DNA from: Candidatus Ornithoclostridium excrementipullorum
GTDB taxonomy: Bacteria; Bacillota; Clostridia; Christensenellales; UBA3700
Assembly (NCBI GenBank): GCA_018716085.1
Contig: DVKK01000057.1
Span: forward strand, 14,570 to 78,569
Length of the DNA: 64,000 nt
Direction: 5' to 3'
Shown here in pieces: positions 1 through 12,000 of this stretch. How positions within the stretch are numbered: position 1 is the first letter of the stretch; every line of letters begins with the position of its first letter. Made by a program: the position numbers and the translations under genes. The notes below the pieces were generated by a model, which made no database searches, had not been told where the DNA came from, and saw only the letters and a program-made list of their open reading frames with translations.

Positions 1-1
1 G

Positions 2-3000
2 ACGGGCGTATCCGTCACCGGCAGCGGCATGATAAACCGCATATCCGTAGGCGGACTGATAGGTATGGTGTCCAACGAGGACAACGACACGTCCATCGAC
101 GGGCTCGCCGTCGAGATGAAGGCGTACGGGTTTATAGATATAGACGTCAGTCACAATTTTGCGGCGCTCGGCGGTATCGTAGGCGACCTTCGCGGCGTTA
201 TGTCGGGGGCAAGGTTCGAGACGGAGTATCTGTCCCGTATCCTTATCAACGGCACGCTGAGCGGCGGCACCGCCGCGCTCGGCGGATTAGCAGGCGTGAT
301 CAACGGCGCGACCGTCGGCACGAGCGTGGTCAAGGGTATCGGATATATGTACAACGGCGTGACGACCGACAGCGCTTCGGCAAGCGCTTCGCTCGACCTG
401 TATTCGGGCGGAGCGGTAGGATTGGGTGCGAACTACGCCGTCGATACTTCCACCGCCGCCGCGACTTACAGGCGCATCAATCCGTCCGTGATAGACAGCG
501 TTTACGTGGACTTCGAGGGATATCTGCGCGCGCTTGCGGGCACCAAGGTCGGCATAGTGACGGGCAGACTGTTCGACGGAGTGACCGCCGACGCGGTCGC
601 CGTCAACGCCGACGCGGTCAGAAACGTCGTGTGGAAAGTCAATTATTACGGCGACGTGCCGTGGGCGAGCAGCGAATACGTGGACAACGTATCCACGGCG
701 TTCAACGAAAGGGACAATCTCGCGGTGTTCGGATACGCTCCGCAGACCGTAGACGGCTATGACGCGGCGCGGGCGCAGATGGGTATGCGCCTCTGGGTGA
801 CCAACAACCGCTATTCGGGAGAGACCAACAACACGATCTCCGCAACGTGGCAGTCCTCGGGCAATCTGCGTATAACCGTGGACAACATCACGTCCGCGGA
901 GGATTACGAGGCTTTCACCGCATATTTCAACGGCAACGCTCAATCGGGCGAGGACGGCATAACCAGGATCTCGACCTATCATTCGCTCGGCAGCGGGGAT
1001 CCGGTCGCCGCGACCGCGACGGTGAACGTCGCCGACAGACTTGCGAGTTTCGCGTCCGCCGGCGGTATGGCTTCCGCCCACGGCGTATATGTCATAAGAT
1101 TCGTGTTCGACGAAGTGCTCATATATAATCAGGCGGAGCTTATGACCTTCATCTCCGGAGGCAAGAACAGCGTTTCCAAGACGACGGCGGGAGCGACTAA
1201 CGTGTCCGCGTATATGTTCGGACTTGCGACGACCGACGCCAGATATTCCGAACTCGCCAACGCCGATTACGGAGTCCTCGCGGGCGACATATCCGTCAAT
1301 TACGGAGCTACCGCGGTGACGATGCCGGCGGGCAAAACGCTGTTCGGCGACGGACACACGGTGACCCTGACCGCGTCGGGGACAGTAACTGCGTATCAGA
1401 TGTGGAGCAACCGCAGCGACGTGGACGACGAGGACGCGTCGATAGGCATATTGCAGGAAGGCGAAACGGTGCGCAGTTACATCAGCGGCGGGGAAAACGA
1501 GTCCGACGGCTCTCATTTCCTCAACGCCGATCTCAACGCCGTGACCGAGACCGATTCGAGAGTCGGCGCGGGCGCAGGCGGTCTGTTGATGGGACGCAAT
1601 CTCGGCACTATCAGCAGTATAAATTTCGTCCTGCAAAACAGCGTTACCATAAGCAATTCCGGCTACGGAGCGCTGATAGCCGGAGGCATAGTCACCGCGG
1701 TCAACGCGGGCACGATAGAAAATTGCTCTCTGACCTTGAACGAGGGAGTGGAGTTTACCGTGGCGAGGGAAGCCTGTTCCGACGAAGGAAGGACAAACGA
1801 GCTCGGCAACGACAGCGAAGGACAGATAAACACCGTCGTCGCGGCGGGCGGATATGCGGGCATGATGTTCTCCGACGGAGGCAACTCGGGGCTTATACGC
1901 AACAGTACTCTCGATATAAAGACGGAAGCCGTCATCGCCACGTCCAACGAGTTCTCTACGTTCTACTGGCTTGGAAGAAGAAGTTCGGTCATATCTTATG
2001 CCGGCGGTCTGGTCGGATGGATGCTCGAAGGGAGCGAGATCTACAACGTGATCCTCTCGGGCGAAGGCGACATAAGGGCTTGGGCGACGCTCGACACCTC
2101 TTCGGGCATCGACTGGAACGAAGAATTCGCGTTCGGTATCGGCGGCATCATCGCGGGACTCAATTCTCCGCACAATATGTTCAACCCGATCGCGGCGCAG
2201 TGGGCTCCCGACAACCACGGATACGTCAACGGCGTCATCTGCAACTGGAACGGAAACGTCGAATATTCCGCAATGTACACCGACGGTACTTTTACCGACA
2301 GCGGTACGATCTATTACGACGTAGACAGGCACAATTATAGCATAGGCGGTCAGATGATCGGCGTGTCCGAATCCGACGCGCTGCGGAACGTCTACTTCAT
2401 GTACGGCGTCGAGAACTATTCCACATATCACCGCGACAACTGGTATTACGGTACTACTGCCGCCGCGAGAGCGACCAACGCCGAATTCGAGGGTAAATAC
2501 GAATATCTGGTCTCGCAGTCGCTGAAACTGTTGGAGCTTCATCCCGAATGGGACGCGATCTACGCTCCCGTCGCGACGGGCGGCGAAAACGTAAATCCCC
2601 AGCTCGTACCCGTCGCTCTGCGCGAAGACGGCGAGGTCGTGCAGGGCGAACTGTTCACGTTCGAGAATTACAACAATTATACGAGCGCCGACCCCGAGGC
2701 GGACGGTTCGATATTCGGGGGCGTTCAGCATACGGTGGACAACACCTGGGGCTTCCAGGTGTATGCGACGACGCTCGGTTCGGACGGCAGACCGACTTCG
2801 TACACGGATATATTGAGGACGTATTACCATAAGATAACCGAGCCGAGCATATACACTTCGGGAGATACCAAAGACGAAGACAGGGTCGGAGCGAGGACTT
2901 CGGGAAAGATGACCACGGTCGAAGGCGACGGCGTCAATGCGCCGACGGTCTACCGCATAGAAGACTGGTCCTATCAGTATACGCCCAACAATATTTATCT

Positions 3001-6000
3001 GTACGAGATCCCGTTCGGCAGCAACGAAGAGGTGGAGCTGGATATGAACGATCCGGATACCGTCGTATCGCTGAGTTTCGAAACGGACGAAATAGATTCC
3101 GATATAAGGCTGGAATTCGAACTTTATACCGACGAGGCGCAGGCGGAGTTCATCTGGTCGATAACCGAGGAGTGGGATTATGCGGACGGATCCTCCACGT
3201 CCGACACGACCAATTATTACGAAACGGTCAATTCGCTCGAAGCGGCGCATCGCAACAACAGGTTCGACCGTACCATGCGCCGCGATAACGACGGCACCGA
3301 TCTGACGTTCATCTATACGATAGGCAGCGCGGTCGCGATCGCCCCCGACACCAACCGCTATACGGGAGTCGTCGAAACCGACGACGAGGGCGACATCACC
3401 GAATTGGTATATTACGACGGACAGCCTCAGCTCTACAACGCTCAGGCGCTGGTGCCGCCGACCATATATTACGTCAATTACGTCACCGGCGAGCAGATAC
3501 GCGAGGCGACGGTCAATCAGAGTATGTTCTCGTATTGGAGGATACCCGACGGCGGATCGCTCGATTCGGCGGTTTCGCTCGGTTCGTCCGCGCCTTACGA
3601 CGTCGGAGAATACTTTATAAGACTGTCTTTCGGCGGCGCGGGCGACGACAACCTCAAGGTGAATCTCACCGACCGCACGGTCATGTTCGGCGTGGATACC
3701 GACCATTACGATTTCTATACCGCGATAATGCCCAGAGGGCTCACTTCCACGCAGATATCCGAGATACGGAAGACGTACGACGGCACCGCCGATTCGACCG
3801 ATCTGACCAACTTCACCGTCAGCGGGCTCGTGGGCGGGGATTCGCTGCGGATACTCGGAACTTTCGAACAGGCGGACGTCGGCGACGATCTCGACTTCAC
3901 GGTCGATACTTCGGGCGTCGCCTATGTGCGCACCGTGTCCGGAGGCAAGGTAACGGTGAACACGATCGCGGTGATCACCTCCGTGACCGGGGATCTCACG
4001 AATTACGCATACGTAAGGACCGCTCTCGCCGATCCGTCGCAGGGAGTTGAGGTCAATCTCGGCAGATACTATTCGCCGGGAGCCGTCGCGCGCATAAGCG
4101 GCAGCGGTATAATAGTGCCTTACGAGATAAACAGAGGAGGGATATCTTTCCGCCTGACAAACGGCGACGGCGAGCTGATAGACTTCACGACCAATACCAA
4201 CGTGGAGTACCGCAACGGCTATTTTTATGACACGTCGTCGTTCGAAGGCTCCGTCGTCCCCGTGGGCGGAACGTCGCTCTATATGGACGAGAACGGCGCG
4301 ATAACCGAAGGGCTGTTCGCGGACGGGGATTCGCTGCAATTCTCGTTCACGTTCGGCGGAGCGGAGAGCGTTACGGATAAGGGAGATTATTCCGTGGGCG
4401 TTTCCATGACTTCCGCCAACGGCAACTACGTGCTCACCGGGTCGGGATCGATAGGTATGCTCCATATACTGGCGATCATTCTCGACAACACCGCGTATTT
4501 CAATTACGTGATGGACGATATCGAACGCGTCTACGACGGCACGGACGGGCTGCCCGATTTCGGCGGGACCATGATAGTGACCGACAAGAACGGGCATACG
4601 CTTTCCGCGGGATCGGACTATACCATAGTCCTCGGGTACTCTTCGGTCGAAGCCCCCGTAGACGTCGGGCAATACGAACTGCGCGTCAATATAGTTTCCT
4701 TCGACGGCAAGGGCAATTACGAGCTCGACGACGATATCGATTACAGATTCATTCCCGAGAACGGCGGCAGGGCGGCGTATCTGTTCGTAACGCCCCGCGA
4801 AGTGGTATTCGATTCCGTGATCAAACAATTCGACAATACGGGCGAGGCGGATCCGTCTTATACCGTATACAACTACGCCGACGGCGCGGGTCCGTTGGAG
4901 GCGGGCACGGAGTTCTCCGGTTCGTTCCCGATGCAGTCGGGCACGGCGGGATATTCCACCGTTGGATCGGGCAAGCAGTTCGCTTTCGATACCGAAACGC
5001 TCACGTTCGAAGATATCAACGGAGCGCGCAGGAGCTACAATACTCTCGAAGTGGCGGGCGACGCTTCCAACCGCAATTACTGCGTGGAGAGCGTGACCTC
5101 CGACATAGGAGGCATCACTCCGATAGAGGTCGAACTCACTTCCGCGACAAAGATATACGACAACCGCACCGCGATAGACTATACCGCGGAGGGAACGCAG
5201 GTGATCATCGTCAGGACGGACAACGGCGCGCAGGTCGATATAGAGCCGTCCGCGTCTTTCGATTCGCCGAGAACGGGCAGCAGCAAGACGGTGTCTTTCG
5301 ATACGGTCGCGACGAGCGTCTACGGCGAAACTTACGCTACTTTGGTCAACAGCGCTTATTCCGACGTCACCGCGACGTCCGGCTGGAATTATTCGGGCAA
5401 TTACTGCGTGGCGGAAGACCGCTTCATGTCGGTGGGACAGATAGTGCAGTACACTATCGAGTGGGAACATATCGGCAGTATATTCGAGGTGATACAGATC
5501 CTCGACGGCAGAGAGGGCGACAGCATAGGCTTCTCAAGGAGCGGCAGCGCGTCGGGTACGCTCGTATATATGAACGGATATACGGTCGAAGGCGTGCTCC
5601 GCGACGGGACGGTGGGAGGCTGGCCCGACGAAGATCCCGTGCAGGAGCTCATAGAGTTTGCGATCGAGACCGACGCCGCCGTGCTCGGATATGCGGGAGA
5701 TTACACGATCGTGCTCAGTATCGTTTCTCCCGACGGGTTGTCGGAACCCGACTACGTGTGGGGAGATTTCAACAACAAGAATTCGGACGGAGATATAGAA
5801 TTTACGTTCGAGGTGGAAAGACAGACGATCAACGCCTCCGCCTCCGCTTCCGCTTCGCCCGAGTCTTCGGTGTGGAGCGGCACGGCGTCGTCCCTTTCGT
5901 TCACGGCTTCGGTCACGGACAACAACGGAGTGACTCTGGATCTGAGCGCAGCCGAAGGAGCTCTCGTCAACGGTACTCTCGGAGGCAGTTACGAGAACGG

Positions 6001-9000
6001 TTCCGTACTGCCGATAGGCGATTACAGCTCGACCGTGGAGGTCGGACTGGTCGGCGACGACGCTCTCAATTACGTTTACGGCGGTGCCGATCCCGTTGCG
6101 GAGTTCTCGGTCCTTCCCGCGCAGCTCTCGGTCTATTCCGTCGAAAAGGAATACGACGACACCACTTCGCTGACCACTGCGGGCAACGAGGCGCAGATCA
6201 CCGCGTCCGTACCCGACGGGGAGGTGGATTTCGACGCGCAGTACGTATCGGCTCTGCCGCAGACTTCGGGCGGAGTTAGGTTCGCGGCGGCGTCTTACGT
6301 TATCGGCGGGACCCGCTATTACGTATTCGTCGGCAGCGACGGCGAAACGTCCAATTATGCTGCGCAGAACGTATCGTCCGCGAACGACGACAGCGTGGTC
6401 ATAAACGTCGGAGTCATCGAAAAGTACGTGATAACTCAGTCGGAACTGCGCGCGTATATCTACGGGTGGATGCGCGGGCAGACGGAAAAACAGCGTACGG
6501 AGATCACCGACGGCGACACGCATTTCGAATACAGAGATAACGGAGTATATTCCGCCGACGAGGTCGAATTCGAACTGACGCTGCGTTACGGCCTTACCGC
6601 CACGATCTCGTCCCGACCCGCTGTAAACGACGGCGCGGGATCCGTACTGGATTTCGCGGTCACGATCACGGGCGTGGGGGCGGACGTAAGCGAAGGCGCG
6701 GGCAGAGTGCTCGGCGTAGGCGAATACGATATAGAGATATCTCTGGACAACGCCTGCTTCGCTCTTGCCGAAGGCGTCGTTTCGGCGGGAGGATTTACGG
6801 TAGACAAACAGTCCGTGTCCGGAGGCAGCGAGGGAGAGGGCGGTTATTTCGGCGGCAACGTGCTGATCACGGCGGACGCGTTCTCATATGCTTACGGAGA
6901 GAGCGGCTTCAATACCCCTGCGGTGACCGATCCCAAAGTCGTGCTGACCGTCACGGTCTACGACACTTATTCCGGCGCAAGGTACGTATATTCCAAAGAA
7001 GTCGTGGGGCAGCTTCTCTACGGCGACGCGCAGACGGATACGCTGACGGGAGAAGTTCTCGTCGGAGAATATAAGGTATGGGCGACGCAGTTTGCCGACA
7101 GCCTCGAAAACTATATCATAGACACGCAGACGGTGCTGCCCGTATTCGTGACGGGAACGGTCTTGCCGGACGGAGCGGACGTGGGCGACGACGGCGTGCC
7201 CGTGGGAGCGGAGCACAGCGCTATCTATGCCGTTATCCCCGCCGAGGCGGCGATATCCTCCGTCACCAAGATATACGACGGGACCGTGTCGTTCGACGGC
7301 GCGACGATCGCGACGCTTCCCGCGGGGCTCGAATCCGCGGTACAGGGCAGATTCGTTTCGCCCGACGCGACGCACGGCAGCGACGGAACGGAAACGGGAG
7401 AAGGCAGCAGAAACGCGTATATCTCCGTCTACGATCTCACGTTGCAGGGAGTTACTTACCGTATGCTTGCGCAGAGCGGTACGGCTGCGAATTACTGCGT
7501 TATCGGCGAATATTCGGCGGGCGAAGTGCTCGTGACGGGAGTGGCGTCGATATATAAGCTGTCGATAACCGATCTCGGTATGCTTTCGCTGACGGCGCAG
7601 CCGTTCGGCAGAGAATACGACGGTACGTCTTCGATGGTCGTGCTGCCCGAAATGACGCTGACGGTCACGGTCGGAGAAAACGTCATCTCCGTGCCGTTCA
7701 CGCCCGACGCGGCGGCGCTCGTGCTGTCGCTGGACGGGGAGGAGGTCGCGGAAGCGGTGCGCGTCGGAGCTTACGGCGTTGCGGTGCTCCCCGACGGATT
7801 GGGCAATTTCGAAATACCCGAAGGGCTGGGCAACGTGCCCGTCAACGGCGGCGCGGCGGCGTATTATATCGAGCCCAAAGCGGTGACTTTGGACGAACTC
7901 GCCAAGACGTATGACGGAACGCCCGACGTCACCGATCAGACCGTCATCGTATTGACGGGGCTGCTCGACGGAGAAACGGCGTCGTTTGCGATAGCGTTCT
8001 CCGATGCCGCGGTCGGACTGAACAAGTCCGTGACGGTCGCGGTAACGGCGTTCGAAGGAGCAGACGGTACGGTATTCGACCGTATCGTGAGCACGGACGG
8101 CGCGGGGAGCGATTATTGTATAGTCGGAGGCGTTTCCGACGGTACGCAGGCGGTTTTGCAGGGAAGCGGCTACACTATCTCGCCCGCGGCGCTCGAAGCT
8201 ACGGGTTCGGCGATCAAGACCTATGACGGCACGGCGGATATCACGTCGGCGGCGTCGCAGGTGTTCTCGGGATTCGTATCGGGAGAGACCGTACAGCCCG
8301 ACTGGAACTACGACGGCAAGGATTCCGGCACGAGAGACGTTCTCGTCAGAGTGGACACGTCGGTCGTCTACAACGTGGGCGAAGCGGCGTATTACGCGCT
8401 GTACACCGCGGGCGAAGAGGGGTGGATCCCCGGCAATTACGGCATCGAATTCACGGGCGACAATATCGTGGAAGAGGAAGTGCAGATCGTCGGAGAAGAC
8501 GGCGAAACGACGACGGTCGTCTACTACTACGCGCTGTTCTCCGGCGCGGGCAGGATCGATCCCTACGCGATATCGGGATTCACGCAGGTACTCGTGGACG
8601 GAAGGGATATCTCGGTGCCGCGCGAGTACGACAGGACTTCGAGCTATTCGCTCTCAGACGTCAGACCGTCGTTCCTCGTGGACGGCGTAACGGTCACCGC
8701 CGCGTATTCAGCGGGCAGGATGAGCGCGGTCACGCCGTTCGGCGATACGCTGCAATTCAACGCTTCGTTCTCGCCGTCGTCGGTGCGCGACGCGGGTTCT
8801 TACGTGTTGTCGATATCTCTCGTCGCCAACGCCAACTATACAATGACGGCATATACGGGCGGTTTCGTGATCGAACCCAAGGAACTGGACGGACTGTTCG
8901 TAGTGGTGCCCGATATAATGAAGGAATACGACGGCACGCCCGATCTGCCTCAAACGGACACTTCTTTGTGGGAGGTCTACGGCGTGGACGGCGGCGTTAC

Positions 9001-12000
9001 GATAGCTTTGAGCGGCTCGGTCACGTTCGGCGAAAACGGCGGGATCGCCTTCGTCGACGCGGACGGCGACGAATATTTGCCCGTCAACGTAGTGCTCGCC
9101 GACGACGGAACGCTCGGAGGATACGTTTTCGAGCTGCGCGACGTCGTGTTTACGCACAATAACTATATCTGGGATTCCGGAGTCGTGACCGATATCCCGT
9201 CGTCCTATTCCGTCGAAGACGGCGCAAAGGGCGACCGCAGTCTGTATATCATAGAACCGAAAACCATTATCGTTTCCGCGGATTCGTTCTCGGATAAGAC
9301 TTTCGACGGGGCGTTCTCGCTCCGCGTGAACGACAGCGGCATTCAGGGCGAATACGTTTCGATCGGCGACTTGGGAGGACTCAACGCCTCGCTGGGCGGC
9401 GTTTACGGCCCCGCCTCGATAATCCCGTACGTGTCGGGAGTGACGTTCGATAAGACCGCGCTCAATCCCGATACCACCGCCGACAACTACAGAGTGGTCT
9501 GCGCCGACGGCGCGCAGGCGCTGGAACTGACGGGCTTCACGGTGAGCACGGGCAGCGTGTTCACGGCGGAGAGATCGGCGGGAGGATACAGGCTCGGATT
9601 CGGAAAACTCGCGGGATTCGATTTCCTGTTCGCGGCGAAGGGCATGACCGCCGAAAACAGAGCGGCGATCACCGCGGGACTTGCGGGAACGCTCGCGACG
9701 GGCGAGCCGTGGAGCGAAACGACATACGACGCGGCGGGCGCGTTTGCCGCGCTCAACGAAGCTCTCGCCTCGCTGTTCGATATACGGCTCAACAATTCCG
9801 CCGACGCTCTCGCGCTCGACGGCGAATACTTCTTCAACGACTTCCTGTGGTCCGAACAGACGGACGGTATGGGCAGAAAGTATTATGCGCTTACGTTCTC
9901 GTTCACGGGCGCGGCGGGCTACGACCGCGACTTCGCGACCGACAGATACTCTTTCACGCTCAAAGGCAAGACCCCCGACGTCGAGGGCGCGCAATATATA
10001 GCGTCGACCAATACTTCGCTGACGTCGTCCGAGCTGGGCGAAGGACAGCTTTCCGCCGAGAACTCGCAGACGGGCGTTGCTATCTCCGACGCCGAGGGAC
10101 TGCTCGATCTGCTGAGGTCGGGAGGCGAAGGCCATCTCACCGCAGATATCTACGGATTCGATCCCGCGGGAGAGGAGATATCCTTTGCGGGCACTCTGTA
10201 CGGCAACGGACATACCGTACAGCTTGCGCCGAGCGAGCTTGCGGGAGTTTCCGCAGGAGGGTATAAGGTATACGGCATGCTTGCCGCGGTCAACTCGGGC
10301 ACGATCCGCGATCTGACCGTAAAGGTGCTTGCAGACGGCGAGATGATCCTCGACGAGGGGTCGGTATTCGGCGCGGTCGGCTACAATTCGGGCACGATCG
10401 AAAACGTCGGGGTGGAAATAGTCGCGCCTCTCAGAGTATCGGGCGCCGCGTACGTCGGCGGTATCGTCGGATACAACGCCGCGGGAGGCACGATCTCTTC
10501 GAGCGGCGTCACCGTCTCAGCAGACGTATACCTGACGGACGGCGAAGGGGCGGTCTCCGGCGTGTTCGGAGGTATTGCGGGACTTGCGGCAGGCACATTG
10601 GAGCGCGTTTCGGTAAGAACGACCGAGGATTTGTATCTTGCGGGCGCAGGCGGCGCCGACGGCAGAACGCCCGTGACGATAACCGTTTCCGCCGCGGGAG
10701 GCGGCGGGGTGATCGGCTCCGGTTCGGGCGCAGTCGCAGACGGCGTTATCGCCGCGACGACGCGGCTCGACGGCGTCAACGGCGTTCTCGGTTCGGGCAG
10801 CGCTGCGGTGAGCGGCGTGTACGCCTACTCCGCCGAAGGGCTTGGTATAGACGGAGAGATCCTCGATTCGACCGAACTTACGATCCTTGCCCCGTACACC
10901 GACGGCTTCATTTCGTACAGGTTCACGGACAGATCGGATTACGAGACCGACGGAGCGAAGCACAACGAGATAGGTTCTTCCGAAGAGAGGAATATGTCGC
11001 TGTACAGGATATACGACGACTCCGACGGAGAGAAGATAGCAATAGAGGCGATAGCGCCGGCGGGCAGATTTGTCTGGGAGGGCTACGGACTCAGCTACCG
11101 CAGCGAACTTATCGACGGCAACGTGGGCACTTCCGCCAACAGGATAGTGGCGGTGTTCGCCGTCGGCGCGTCCGTTGCGCAGCAGTACGAGGGCACGGAC
11201 GCGTTCACGGGAGGAGTAGACGCGTATACGGCGGCGTTCGGCATCATAGGTTCGACCGTAGTCGCGGGTACCGCGTCCGGTGTCAAAGAAACGGTCTACA
11301 ACGGAGAGATACAGACATACACCGTTACGCTCACGGTCACCGAACCCGACGGTTCGACTCGTGAAGAGCAGCTCAGCGTGCAGGGCACGGACGCGGGATA
11401 TTATTCCAGGTCGTCGGTCGAAGGCGTCATCAGCGGCGACAGCGACACTTACGGAGACGTCACGTTCGATATCGACAACCGTACGGCGGTGACGGTCGTC
11501 GGAGGGGAGGGGACGGTGTCCGACGGCATAGCGTTGATAATATACCCGAAGGCGGCGGACGATCGTTCGGCAGTCAAATATTACGATACGACCGACGCGG
11601 CGACGCTCACGCTTACGGGCGCGGGAGATACGGATACGGTGTCCGGAGGCAGATATCTCGACGCGCAGGGCGCTTACGCTCACGACGTCGACACCGCGGT
11701 CGCGGCGGCGTTCGTCAATGCCGATACGGCGGTGAGAAACGTGATAGCCGACGCGGAAGGCCGCTTCTATACGCTCGTTGCCTCGGTAGAGGGCGACGGG
11801 CAGCAGACTCGCGTCGTATATAAACTGCAACCCGCGGAGATAGAAACCGAGGACGGCACGGCGCCGTTCGGACTCGATACCGATCTCACCGCTTACAGCG
11901 CCGCGCAGATCATGAGAGCTTATGCGAAACTCACCGACTGGGCAGAACTCGAGAACGCCGCGGCTCAGCCCGGATCCGATATCGATATCGGCGCATACGT

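Noticed and set aside
287-5470. A 1,727-aa antisense ORF inside the giant gene. The same pattern appears at 8708..10213, 10517..12280 and 12506..13870 on the minus strand.
   Set aside because: The translations are extremely Arg-rich low-complexity sequences with no RBS and no recognisable motif. The + frame gives coherent GLUG/YDGT repeat domains. Long stop-free antisense frames are expected in GC-rich genes with biased codon usage.
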